Assembly: GCA_903859365.1 (NCBI GenBank)
Contig: CAIOMD010000011.1
Location: forward strand, 17,467 to 81,466
Length of the DNA: 64,000 nt
Reading direction: 5' to 3'
Source: an uncultured Candidatus Saccharibacteria bacterium
GTDB taxonomy: Bacteria; Patescibacteriota; Saccharimonadia; Saccharimonadales; CAIOMD01
Shown: positions 17,641 to 27,394 of the stretch, in pieces
Layout: every line of letters begins with the position of its first letter
How positions within the stretch are numbered: the first letter of the stretch is position 1
Made by a program: the position numbers and the translations under genes
Notes under the pieces: model-generated
Database searches by the model: none
Seen by the model: only the letters and a program-made list of their open reading frames with translations
What the model was told of the DNA's origin: nothing

Positions 17641-18324
17641 TTACTGTTCTTTACGCAGCTTGTTATAGATATTTAATCCATACCCTGCGCCAGCAGCTTC
17701 AAGTGCGTACTCCGCAAGATGGGGCGCTTTAGCGAGCGAACCGCCTAGTACAAATAATGGAATGACAAAATCCTTAAGCGTATCTCGGGCGAGATAGCCT
17801 TTGATTCCTTTTGGTTTTTCGTGCACCGTTCCGTCTGCCTCTGTATGTGGATGCAAATGATTGGCTACTTCATGACGATTTGCGATAAGGGCAATTGAGC
17901 CAAGGGCAATTGCTGTTATTGACGACATAGCGGCTAAATTATTGAACCCAACTGCATCCATTTTACCGAACCAACCATCTTGCATTACCCCTTCATGTAT
18001 GACGTCATAGCCTGTCCCAACTGCCGCCGCCAATGCTGTTGCGCCCACAAATTTCTGCATCTTTTTTCGATATTTTTTTGCATTCCCTTTTTGGTTCGCA
18101 TTTTCTGCCTCAAGGTCTTTTGCTGCTCCACGTAACGCTGCAGCATCAAGTGTTTCTTCCAAGCCTTCTATGCCACTAGCGATGCCTACCCCACCTTGTG
18201 TTGCGGCAGCGACAAGTTGAAATCCGCCAGAGATTAAGCGAAGCCAGCTAACAAAGCGAAGGCGTTCGGGAGTGAGCTCTCGTTTATTTTTTTCAGGTTC
18301 TGGAACAAAACTTTTTTCTACCAT
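17641..18324 (-). CDS. Hypothetical membrane protein
   Basis: 227 aa with several hydrophobic segments. GAGGA SD and a TTGACA-N17-TATTAT promoter upstream. Confidence 0.65.
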   Translation of the reverse strand: MVEKSFVPEPEKNKRELTPERLRFVSWLRLISGGFQLVAAATQGGVGIASGIEGLEETLDAAALRGAAKDLEAENANQKGNAKKYRKKMQKFVGATALAAAVGTGYDVIHEGVMQDGWFGKMDAVGFNNLAAMSSITAIALGSIALIANRHEVANHLHPHTEADGTVHEKPKGIKGYLARDTLKDFVIPLFVLGGSLAKAPHLAEYALEAAGAGYGLNIYNKLRKEQ

Positions 18325-18392
18325 ATAAAACCATCCTCAATATGGAAGTATAATAAAACTTTTATGATATTTTGTCAAAGTATCGAGATATA

Positions 18393-18803
18393 TTATTTGA
18401 TTAAATGAGAATAGAGCGCATATACAACGGTAGAACTGGTCATCGTAACGAAGCTGCCCCAGAGAAGGTCTATCCCCGTAATAGTCCAGGGCCAATTCTT
18501 AAATACAGCCTGCGAAGTCAGGTCGAAGGTTGCATAGGTAAAGAACCCGAAGAGTGCTCCATAGCCTATGGCGTGGTTGATGCTCCCCGTATTTATTGCA
18601 GGAACTAATACGAATACCAATAGACCAACAATATATAGGCCATAAAACAGCCCTGCGGCCTGCAGATTGGGTCTTTTAGCCATTAGGTGCCCAATGTACT
18701 GCTTATATAGTTTTGGCGCAATCTTAACGAGCCAAACGCTGTCGAAGGCTAAAAATACTAATAGTCCTAAAACAAATAGTTCAATTACTTTTCCTGATGT
18801 CAT
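18393..18803 (-). CDS. DUF2177-family membrane protein
   Basis: DSVWL, YKQYIG, YATFDLT and IDLLWG pattern. Confidence 0.82.
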   Translation of the reverse strand: MTSGKVIELFVLGLLVFLAFDSVWLVKIAPKLYKQYIGHLMAKRPNLQAAGLFYGLYIVGLLVFVLVPAINTGSINHAIGYGALFGFFTYATFDLTSQAVFKNWPWTITGIDLLWGSFVTMTSSTVVYALYSHLIK

Positions 18804-19606
18804 TACTTTCCTCCCTTAGGTTGCATTGGTATGAAAATTGAAGTTCTTTTGGCGTATGCCTTGAACTTCGAATTTTTCATATATTTTTTCTCAAGCATCG
18901 GTACACCTGAAACGAAGAGAATGAGATAAGTAATGAGAAGTGGGCTTAGGATAGCGAAAAGACTATAGGTTCCACCAAGACACAGGATCCAAAGCGCCCA
19001 CCACTGCGTGACCTCTCCAAAGTAATTGGGGTGTCTTGTGTATCGCCAAAGACCGGTGGTCATAATGGCGCCCTTTTTCTTTTTGGTCTTAATCCAGCGG
19101 CTGAGTTGCCAATCACCAATAGATTCAAATAAAAAGCCTATAATCCAAAGTCCTACCGCAAAAATGTGCAATAAGTGCGTGCCATTGAGGCTGCCAACTT
19201 TAACGATTGCATAGGACAAGTTGTAGGCAATAACGAGAGTTGATGCGGAAATAACTAATGCGAGTAATGCCTGAAAGAAAAAGTTCTGAAAATAGCTTCG
19301 AACGGCAAAAGAGTTACCCCATTTTTTTCTATTTTCCGCATATCGCCAGTCTTCCTCGGCGCCAATTTTCCTATAGCCAATATGCCACGCAAGACGAAGA
19401 CCCCATATCGATACGAGTACGAGGTCGATTAATTGAAGGCGGGTATGGTTGGGTAGGCCAACGTAAAGTGCGCCAGCAATGATGATGAAATAGGGCCCCC
19501 AAAAGACGTCAGCGATACTGGCGTCCTTGAATAGCAGGCTGAGTAGCCAAGCAATAACAGATAGCCCTATCGCAGCACCTCCAGCTAATAGAAAAACGTG
19601 AAGCAT
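18803..19606 (-). CDS. DUF1295 / steroid 5-alpha-reductase-like membrane protein
   Basis: [41 protein letters not shown]. Confidence 0.9.
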   Translation of the reverse strand: MLHVFLLAGGAAIGLSVIAWLLSLLFKDASIADVFWGPYFIIIAGALYVGLPNHTRLQLIDLVLVSIWGLRLAWHIGYRKIGAEEDWRYAENRKKWGNSFAVRSYFQNFFFQALLALVISASTLVIAYNLSYAIVKVGSLNGTHLLHIFAVGLWIIGFLFESIGDWQLSRWIKTKKKKGAIMTTGLWRYTRHPNYFGEVTQWWALWILCLGGTYSLFAILSPLLITYLILFVSGVPMLEKKYMKNSKFKAYAKRTSIFIPMQPKGGK

Positions 19607-19683
19607 TACCTTTATTCTAGCACTGAGTATAAATAAACACTGAATTTAAGTTATAGTAAATCTGCGCTACACTACATTATCAT

Positions 19684-19775
<92 letters not shown>

Positions 19776-19782
19776 AATTAAA

Positions 19783-20868
19783 TTATTTTCTCCAGTCTTC
19801 TTCTAGTAATTCTTTTGCAGTAGCCAATTTTTCATTTAAGCCATAGAAGTTTTTTATTATAACGGTGCCTCGTCCACTGATACGATTATACGTATCATCA
19901 ACTGTTGCGGTTTGGGACTTTAGTATATCTCTTAATTCTTGAGGCGTAAGAGCTTCGGAGTATTGTTCGTCGCCTGTATCGCTATATTTTTTAAGGGTTG
20001 CCGATATCTCATCGCTGACTCGATTAAATCTTTCTATGCGATCTCGAAACATTGGTCGATAGGTTTGCGAAACGCAATTAATATTCTTTCTTAGATTAAA
20101 TGCGGCATCTCCAGCGTTTAAGGATACTACATAGCGATCAAAAAAGTTTTTTCTTTCTTCGGCCTTGGTAATTTCTTTGAAGCTCTGAAAAAGTGTCTCG
20201 CTGAGATATGCTGTTATAACTGGATCAAAAAATTGCTTTAGATCGATATTTTCAAAAGCTTCATTAATTACGATCTCCTGCGAGAGCTCTTTGAGCACTT
20301 TTTCCTTTTCCAGGCCACTCATATATTCACCGTCGAGTGCATCAAGTCGCCGATAGGTATTTTTCTCAAATCTATCAGTAATCTCTCTAAAATCTGTAAT
20401 TTCTTCTTCGATGATACTATTTTTTGAGACGATTAATTCGTGCTGATTTTTTGTCTGCGAGGGAGCGGTAAATCTTCTTCTAAAGTCTGCACTATACAGA
20501 TACTCATGTTCACGCCTGGAGCCATACATCGCTCGCATAGCTTCCTCGTTCGATTCCAGCAGCCGGTCTTCTACTTTTAGATTATCCATCGCCAGCTCAC
20601 TTATTACCGGTTCAGCGAGACGAATATAGCTGTTTAAATTTTTCTCTTGCTGTAATTGTCGGCAGATCTCAAAGAGTTGTTTTTTCTCTTTGGATAGTAA
20701 ATCTTCAGTGTGGTCACTTAGTAAATCATTGAAATATTCTTCGAGGGCTCCAGGTTCGCTCGCTTCCACCAGAAGTCGATTAATTGAAACGCCTAATTCT
20801 TCAAACGAATCACCGGTTAGTTTATCTGAATAGTTAGAATTTTCTGATTTTTCCTGAGAATTTAACAA
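19783..20868 (-). CDS. Hypothetical charged alpha-helical protein
   Basis: 361-aa ORF with a TTG start, an AAGGAG SD 9 nt upstream and a TATAAT further upstream. No motif recognised. Confidence 0.65.
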   Translation of the reverse strand: MLNSQEKSENSNYSDKLTGDSFEELGVSINRLLVEASEPGALEEYFNDLLSDHTEDLLSKEKKQLFEICRQLQQEKNLNSYIRLAEPVISELAMDNLKVEDRLLESNEEAMRAMYGSRREHEYLYSADFRRRFTAPSQTKNQHELIVSKNSIIEEEITDFREITDRFEKNTYRRLDALDGEYMSGLEKEKVLKELSQEIVINEAFENIDLKQFFDPVITAYLSETLFQSFKEITKAEERKNFFDRYVVSLNAGDAAFNLRKNINCVSQTYRPMFRDRIERFNRVSDEISATLKKYSDTGDEQYSEALTPQELRDILKSQTATVDDTYNRISGRGTVIIKNFYGLNEKLATAKELLEEDWRK

Positions 20869-20979
20869 ACTGTTGAGCTCCTTGGTTATATTTGTAGTGG
20901 GGTTTAATTATACCAAACCTGTCGAATACTTTGAAGTATCAAGGGCTCAGTCGATGATTTAAATGCTATTATACTTAGG

Positions 20980-21384
20980 ATGGAAAAAAGTATTTTTAGT
21001 CGCATAATTGATGGAGAAATCCCATCATATAAGGTGTACGAAGACGAATATACGGTAGCCTTTTTGGATATTCACCCCGCTCAACCAGGCCATACACTTG
21101 TTGTACCTAAAAAGCAGGTAGATCATTTTGAAGATCTCGAAGACGAGGACTACGGGCAACTCTGGGAAGCTGTTAAGATTGTGTCCCAGAAACTACATGT
21201 TTTTGGTAGGAATAGAATTGGCGTACAAGTAATTGGAGTAGATGTCCCCCATGCGCACGTTCATCTCATACCTTTTGATACCACTGAGGAATTTCGTACT
21301 ATTCCTGATATGACTAAAGAGCCAGATTTCGTTATACTTGAAAAAACCCTAAATATAATTCTACAAGGAGAACAAAATAGATGA
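20980..21384 (+). CDS. HIT family nucleotide hydrolase
   Basis: SIFSRII.GEIP, AFLDIHPAQPGHTLVVPK and the HAHVHLIP triad. Confidence 0.95.
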   Translation: MEKSIFSRIIDGEIPSYKVYEDEYTVAFLDIHPAQPGHTLVVPKKQVDHFEDLEDEDYGQLWEAVKIVSQKLHVFGRNRIGVQVIGVDVPHAHVHLIPFDTTEEFRTIPDMTKEPDFVILEKTLNIILQGEQNR

Positions 21385-21557
21385 GTAATGCACTAATCGC
21401 TTTATTTTTTGCCGGAGGAGCTGGCGCATGGATTTACGCAAAATTTAGTAAAAGTACCGGAAATAATACAAAATCTAGCAGCATTGCGGCAGTCGCCTCA
21501 GCTCTTTTTATATTCGTCCTCTTTTATTTCATGCTTGGTCTTTTTATTAAAAAATAA
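21381..21557 (+). CDS. Small two-TM membrane protein (58 aa), absent from the ORF track
   Basis: MSNALIALFFAGGAGAWIYAKFSKSTGNNTKSSSIAAVASALFIFVLFYFMLGLFIKK. AAGGAG SD; ATGA overlap with the HIT stop; ends 2 nt before rlmH. Confidence 0.8.
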   Translation: MSNALIALFFAGGAGAWIYAKFSKSTGNNTKSSSIAAVASALFIFVLFYFMLGLFIKK

Positions 21558-21559
21558 TC

Positions 21560-22021
21560 GTGAAAATAACAATTCTATCCGTTGGGAAGAAGAACGACCC
21601 TTTTGCATCTGCTGCAATTAATGAATACGAAAAGAGAATCAAGCAGAGTTTTTCGATTCAATGGATTTTCGTTCCTTACAGTGGGCTTTCGGGCGATGAT
21701 GCCCGGCGTGAAGAGAGTGCAAAAATAAGGGGTTATTTGAAAAATGATGAAATCATATGGCTACTTGATGAAACTGGAAAACAATTAACATCACCCGAAT
21801 TGTCTGAAAAAATTGAAACACTAAAAAACGGAAGCGTAAAAGAGCTTCTTATTATAATTGGCGGCGCTTACGGAGTTGATCAAACTATTAAAGATCGTGC
21901 AGATTTTACCTGGTCGTTGTCTAAATTAGTGTTTCCCCATCTCCTCGTTCGACTTATTTTAGTGGAACAGCTCTATCGAGCGTATGAAATTGCTCGAGGC
22001 AGTGGCTATCATCACATCTAA
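21560..22021 (+). CDS. rlmH: 23S rRNA m3Psi1915 methyltransferase
   Basis: LDETGKQLTSPE, IIGGAYG, SLSKLVFPH, EQLYRA, GYHH. Confidence 0.95.
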   Translation: MKITILSVGKKNDPFASAAINEYEKRIKQSFSIQWIFVPYSGLSGDDARREESAKIRGYLKNDEIIWLLDETGKQLTSPELSEKIETLKNGSVKELLIIIGGAYGVDQTIKDRADFTWSLSKLVFPHLLVRLILVEQLYRAYEIARGSGYHHI

Positions 22022-22740
22022 GAAACGATAGTTCCCTTTTTGGTGTCTCCCTTAAGTACCGCAAGTACGACCTCAGGGTCAGGTTGGCAAATAACAAGTG
22101 TTATTGCTTTATCTGCCGCAAATGCTAGTGCCGCTCGATCCATAATCTGTATTTCTTGATTTGCAAGTGCATCATTGAAGCTAATTCGCTCATATCGCTT
22201 CGCATCTTTATGAAATTCCGGATCCCGATCGTAGATGCCGTCAACTTTAGTTGTTTTGATAACCGTATCACAGTGAAGCTCAAAAGCCTGTGCAACGACA
22301 CCAGTGTCTGTGGTAAAGCCGGGTTTACCGAGACCTCCTGCGATAAGAACAGCACGATTATCCTTCATGTATTTTTGCGCCCTTTGGTACGAGAATCGCT
22401 CTGCTACACTCTCAACCGGGATATTGCTAAAAAGCCTTCCCTCTACTTTCCCTCGTTGGTTAAGTACTTCGTTTAGAAATAGTCCGTTTTGTACCGTTGC
22501 CAGCATTCCCATTTCGTCAGCTATTACTTGATTGGTAAAGCCGTTTTTATGAAGTTTTTTTCCTCGTACAATGTTGCCGCCACCCATTACGACAGCAACG
22601 TTGTAGTCAGCATCTACAAGCGCTTCAATAACCGAGCAGACCTGCTGAGCCATTGCCATATCAAAGTTATATTCTTCTGATCCAAGCTGCTCGCCGGACA
22701 CCTTCAGCATTACATTTTTTCCCATATAACTCCTCTTCAT
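22018..22740 (-). CDS. pyrH: Uridylate kinase
   Basis: LKVSGE, GGGNIVRG, DEMGMLAT, PGFTTD, VDGIYDRDP. Confidence 0.9.
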   Translation of the reverse strand: MKRSYMGKNVMLKVSGEQLGSEEYNFDMAMAQQVCSVIEALVDADYNVAVVMGGGNIVRGKKLHKNGFTNQVIADEMGMLATVQNGLFLNEVLNQRGKVEGRLFSNIPVESVAERFSYQRAQKYMKDNRAVLIAGGLGKPGFTTDTGVVAQAFELHCDTVIKTTKVDGIYDRDPEFHKDAKRYERISFNDALANQEIQIMDRAALAFAADKAITLVICQPDPEVVLAVLKGDTKKGTIVS

Positions 22741-22840
22741 TTGTTCCTATTGTACTTGAAATGAAGAATATTTTCTAAATAGCCCTTTTTGGTTATATTT
22801 TTGGTATAAAGTAGCCGTATCGTGCTAGAATTATGACTAT

Positions 22841-23698
22841 ATGGATGGGGTGGAAACCGCAAAACAATTAGGCCATGCGATTGCAATGGCACGACGCTCG
22901 GCAGGGCTTACCCAGCAAGAGCTATGTGCTCGCGCCCACCTTTCCTATTCTACCCTCGCAAAAATTGAGCGAGGCGCAATAAAGACTCCCAGTGTTTTTA
23001 CAGTAGTTGCAATTGCAGCCGCTACTGGCATTAGTGTTGAGCAGCTCGCTGGAGGTGTAGGTGAAACCATGCAACCGGTTTCGAAACAATATAAAGTTGC
23101 CAAAAACGGTATTGAGTTTGTCTATTTTGATGTAAACGGTGTACTTGTCCACTTCTTTCAAAGGGCATTATCCCAGCTCGCACATGACGGTGGTGTGTCT
23201 CCAGAGGCGGTTGAAAGTATTTTTTGGCGATACAACGATATGGTTAACAAAGCAGAGATAACACTGGAAGATTTTGAACAGAAAATGGCTAATCAAATTG
23301 GTCTCTCTTCCCTTTCGTGGAAAGAATATTATTTAAAGAATATAGAACCAATCGAAGAGATGCATAATTGCGTGCGAGCAGTTGCCGAACACTTCAAAGT
23401 AGGTCTTATTTCAAATAATATGCCAGGTTTTATCCCGGCCATGATTGAGCGAGGCTTAATCCCGAACATTCACTATGATGCGATTGCTGATTCCTCGAAA
23501 CTTGGCATGCTTAAACCTGAACGGCAAATGTATGAAACCGCTGCAGAGCTTGCCCATGTGACCCCAGATAAACTACTACTGATTGATGATGGAAGAACCA
23601 ATATAACGGCTGCAGAATCACTCGGTTGGCACGTACTGTGGTTTGATGATTTTCATGCCGCTGAAGGCCGAGAACGAATCGAACAGATTCTTCAATAG
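22841..23698 (+). CDS. XRE-family HTH fused to a HAD-superfamily hydrolase domain
   Basis: ARRSAGLTQQELC...STLAKIERG (HTH_3), then YFDVNGVL, LISNN, KPE and IDDG (HAD motifs). Confidence 0.85.
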   Translation: MDGVETAKQLGHAIAMARRSAGLTQQELCARAHLSYSTLAKIERGAIKTPSVFTVVAIAAATGISVEQLAGGVGETMQPVSKQYKVAKNGIEFVYFDVNGVLVHFFQRALSQLAHDGGVSPEAVESIFWRYNDMVNKAEITLEDFEQKMANQIGLSSLSWKEYYLKNIEPIEEMHNCVRAVAEHFKVGLISNNMPGFIPAMIERGLIPNIHYDAIADSSKLGMLKPERQMYETAAELAHVTPDKLLLIDDGRTNITAAESLGWHVLWFDDFHAAEGRERIEQILQ

Positions 23699-23699
23699 A

Positions 23700-26228
23700 C
23701 TAGGTAAAACTTGCTAACTCTTTTTCGAGCGTTTCGAGTATTTTTTGCTCGTTTTGTAAATTATTTCGGGTTTGTGAAACCACCGCTTCCGGTGCGTGAT
23801 CAACATAGCTTTTATTAGAAAGTCTGCCTTCGAGTTGGGTGACGTTTTGGTGGGTGCTCTTAATGCGCTCCTCAAGCTTTGTGATGTATTTTTTTGTAAC
23901 ACTATCATCAATCGCAAGCCAACAATTTTCACTCGATGTTGCAAGGCTAACACCCTTTTTCTGCGTTTTTTGATTGACGGAACCAAGCTTGGCAAGTTGT
24001 TTTAGTAATGCTTCATTTTCACTAATAAGGTCACTATTTGAGTATTCGAGAGCAACTTTTGATATCCCGAGTGCACTAGTAATTGCACGAACCTCAACCA
24101 CGATTACTTGCAAACGATCAAAGGCCTGGGCTTTTTCTTTAGAAAAAGCTATCACTGGCTCTGCCTGCTTTGCAATCAGGAAGGTACCCTTGTGACGCTG
24201 TTGCCAAATTACTTCTGTTACAAATGGCGCAAATGGATGAGCAAGCTCAAGTGATGTATCTAAAATATACCCAAGCAAGGCTGTATTAATACTTCCCTTG
24301 CTTGCCTCAATATACCAGTCAGCAAATTCGTTCCAAATAAAGTGGTAGAGTACTTCATAAGCTTCACTAAAGCGAAAACTTTCAATAAGTAGACGTATCT
24401 CTTTTTGAGCAAAACTGAGTCGGCTTACAATCCAATTATCCGCAATAGATTTTGGAGTCACTTCACTGCTTTCAGCTTGCTCTTGGGACTGTACGTAGCG
24501 TGCAATATTCCAAAGCTTATTACAGAAATTACGTCCTGCAATTATTTTTCCCGGAGCATAGGCTGCGCTATAACCTGCACTTCTTCCAGCGATGATTCCC
24601 ATGCGTATGGCATCAGCTCCATAGGCTTCGAGTACTTCCTTTGGATTGATTACATTGCCAAGACTCTTACTCATTTTCCTTCCATCTTCAGAGCGAACCA
24701 TTCCGTGCAAGTAGACATTTTTAAAAGGAATATCACCGGTCATATATGTTCCAACGCAGATCATTCGTGCAACCCATTGGTATAAAATATCCTGTCCTGT
24801 TTCCATTACAGAATTCGGATAGAACTTTTTAAAGTCTTCACTATCTGGAAAATCGAGTGTTACAAAAGGCCATTGGCTTGAACTGAACCAGGTATCGAAC
24901 ACATCTGGGTCTCGTCGATACGTTTTTCCATCAATAATAATTTCTTTTTTTGTCACCTCGGTGTTGAAAATCCAATCATCGCTGTCAGCAACATTTTGAA
25001 ATGCCGGTATAGGGATACCCCAGGCAATTTGTCTACTAATGTTCCAATCCTTAATTGACTCAAGATATGCCAAAACCTGGTCAGCTTTTGCTGCAGGGTA
25101 AAAGGTTATTTTCTTAGCCTTTAGTGCCGCAATAGCTGGAGCTGCAAGTTTCTGCATGTCTATAAACCATTGATCGAGCAACATCGGTTCAATGACTGAC
25201 CCACACTTGTAGCACGTCCCTACCCTGTTCTTGTAGGTCTCATCAACTTTAACGAGCAAGCCTTTTTCGTCGAGTTTCTTAGCTACTGCAGTGCGCGCTT
25301 TGGCAACTGTTAGTCCCTCAAATTCTTTGGCTAGATGGTTCATGGTTCCATCATGGTTTATTACTCTTACGTGCGGAAGGTTGTGTTTTTGGGCCACTTC
25401 GTAATCATTGAAGTCGTGGGCTGGAGTTATCTTCACTACCCCTGTTCCAAAAGCACGATCAACCATTTCATCAGCTACGACGCGCACTTCAAATGGACCA
25501 CTTGGCCCCTCGATTGTAACAACGGTATTTACGAGTTTTTTGTACCGTTCGTCGTCTGGATGTACTGCTACTGCAGTATCACCATAAATAGTTTCCGGGC
25601 GAGTTGTTGCAAGCTCAAAGGGACCGTATTTTAAGTAGTAAAGCGGACTCGTCCTGTCTTCGTGTAGCACCTCAATATCTGCAAAACCTGTTCGGTGCAC
25701 GGTACAGTAGTTAACCAGTCTTTCGCCCCTGTATATATACTGCTCATCCCACATTTTTTTAAACATTTTGTAAGATGAATCGACCACTTTTTTATCTAAT
25801 GAAAAAGTAAAATGATCCCAGTCAAGACTTGCGCCGAGTTCTCGGAATTGTGATGCAAAGACTTCTTTATTCTTTGCTACAAAGTCCCATATCTGCTCAA
25901 ACAGTTCCTCACGTGAAAAGTCAAAACGACTCTTCCCTTCCTTAGCAAGTTGTTTTTCATAGACAACTTGTGTTTCAAAGCCAGCGTGATCCGCTCCGGG
26001 CACCCATAAAACAGATCTTCCCTGCATTCGATAATAGCGGGCCATGATATCTTGGATTGCAAACATGAGGGTATGGCCAATATGCAAACTCGCGTTGGCG
26101 TTCGGTAGTGGCAGAACAATACTAAACGGCTCGCCTTTTTCGGATGGTGCGAAAAGGTTATTCTCTTCCCACAGTCGATAAATGGCTGCTTCATGTTTCT
26201 GGGGTTCGTATATCGTATCAAGGGCCAC
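23700..26228 (-). CDS. valS: Valine-tRNA ligase
   Basis: HIGH, DHAGFETQ, GTGVVKITPAHD, DWNISRQ, KMSKS and a C-terminal coiled coil. Confidence 0.97.
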   Translation of the reverse strand: MALDTIYEPQKHEAAIYRLWEENNLFAPSEKGEPFSIVLPLPNANASLHIGHTLMFAIQDIMARYYRMQGRSVLWVPGADHAGFETQVVYEKQLAKEGKSRFDFSREELFEQIWDFVAKNKEVFASQFRELGASLDWDHFTFSLDKKVVDSSYKMFKKMWDEQYIYRGERLVNYCTVHRTGFADIEVLHEDRTSPLYYLKYGPFELATTRPETIYGDTAVAVHPDDERYKKLVNTVVTIEGPSGPFEVRVVADEMVDRAFGTGVVKITPAHDFNDYEVAQKHNLPHVRVINHDGTMNHLAKEFEGLTVAKARTAVAKKLDEKGLLVKVDETYKNRVGTCYKCGSVIEPMLLDQWFIDMQKLAAPAIAALKAKKITFYPAAKADQVLAYLESIKDWNISRQIAWGIPIPAFQNVADSDDWIFNTEVTKKEIIIDGKTYRRDPDVFDTWFSSSQWPFVTLDFPDSEDFKKFYPNSVMETGQDILYQWVARMICVGTYMTGDIPFKNVYLHGMVRSEDGRKMSKSLGNVINPKEVLEAYGADAIRMGIIAGRSAGYSAAYAPGKIIAGRNFCNKLWNIARYVQSQEQAESSEVTPKSIADNWIVSRLSFAQKEIRLLIESFRFSEAYEVLYHFIWNEFADWYIEASKGSINTALLGYILDTSLELAHPFAPFVTEVIWQQRHKGTFLIAKQAEPVIAFSKEKAQAFDRLQVIVVEVRAITSALGISKVALEYSNSDLISENEALLKQLAKLGSVNQKTQKKGVSLATSSENCWLAIDDSVTKKYITKLEERIKSTHQNVTQLEGRLSNKSYVDHAPEAVVSQTRNNLQNEQKILETLEKELASFT

Positions 26229-26312
26229 TAATCTATCTCCTTTTGTTGTTTTCTCACGTGAAAATTCTTACTTATCCCCTCTATTTTACCTGTTGTAACG
26301 GATATGGCAAAC

Positions 26313-27344
26313 TTACATTTTTAGATTTGGTGCAATGGCCAGCGTATACGGATCTGCCGTTTCAGCGTAGTGCATTGCTTTGATGCAGCCGAGCGTGGCA
26401 ATCATCGCCCCGTTATCGGTGCATAAATCGATTGGAGCATAGTTGATAGCTATGGGGATAGCGGCCGAGAGCTGCGTGCGTAATTCTTGGTTAGCGGCAA
26501 CGCCACCGGCAATAACAACTGAAGCGGGCTGAAGTTCATTGAAAGCTTTTAGCGTTTTATCGACTACTGTTTTAATGGCAGTGTACTGAAAACTTGCGGC
26601 CAAATCTTTTTTTTGAGCTGCTGAGAGGCGCCCAGGCAATTCAAATGATGGAAGCCGATAGTCTGAACCTACTGCGGCTTGCGCGGCCCTTAAAACGGCT
26701 GTTTTGAGGCCAGAGAAGCTAAAATTATATGGACTATCAAGCTTTGCAATAGGAAAAGTGAAAGCGTGCGGGTTTCCATCAAGTGCTGCTTTTGCAACAG
26801 AAGGTCCGCCGGGGTAGGGGAGTCCAATGATTTTAGCAACTTTGTCGAAGGCTTCACCAATAGCGTCATCCATCGTTTGCCCCAAAAGATCGTAGTCGAA
26901 GTGGTTTCTGAAATATACAAGCTGGCTATGTCCACCGCTGACGATTAGTGATAAAAGAGGGAAGGTGGGCTGTGGATTCACCAGGAAGTTGGCATAGACG
27001 TGTCCCTCGACATGATTTATGGCGTATAACGGTTTATTTTTAATAATAGCGAGTGTTCTTGCGGTTAACACACCAACAAGAAGGCTCCCTGACAAACCCG
27101 CTCCATACGTAACGGCAATTCCATCAATATCGCCCCAATTACACCCACTTTCGGCAAAAACTTTCTTGATAACGGGAGTAATAAACTCAATGTGGCTACG
27201 TGCGGCAATCTCGGGAACGACACCACCAAAAGCAGCATGCAGATCCATAGAACTTGCCACCGATTGAGCCAGCAGGGTGGAACCATTTTCTACAATAGCT
27301 GCCGCCGTCTCGTCACAACTACTCTCTATACCAAGTATTTTCAT
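26313..27344 (-). CDS. tsaD: tRNA t6A37 threonylcarbamoyltransferase
   Basis: GIESSCDETAA, GGVVPEIAARSH, HVEGH, SGGH, DDAIGEAFDK, CTDNGAMIA. Confidence 0.97.
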   Translation of the reverse strand: MKILGIESSCDETAAAIVENGSTLLAQSVASSMDLHAAFGGVVPEIAARSHIEFITPVIKKVFAESGCNWGDIDGIAVTYGAGLSGSLLVGVLTARTLAIIKNKPLYAINHVEGHVYANFLVNPQPTFPLLSLIVSGGHSQLVYFRNHFDYDLLGQTMDDAIGEAFDKVAKIIGLPYPGGPSVAKAALDGNPHAFTFPIAKLDSPYNFSFSGLKTAVLRAAQAAVGSDYRLPSFELPGRLSAAQKKDLAASFQYTAIKTVVDKTLKAFNELQPASVVIAGGVAANQELRTQLSAAIPIAINYAPIDLCTDNGAMIATLGCIKAMHYAETADPYTLAIAPNLKM

Positions 27345-27394
27345 ATCGAAAGTACTGTAACATAGCGCCTAAAAATAGGGTATTATGTGATGGT

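Noticed and set aside
21409..21621. 70-aa ORF between HIT and rlmH
   Set aside because: It overlaps rlmH and lacks an SD; the alternative-frame 58-aa ORF is better supported.
26229..26312. T-box riboswitch upstream of valS (also considered for argS)
   Set aside because: The leader is too short, with a promoter TTGCCA-N17-TAAAAT close to the start, and no T-box sequence is seen.
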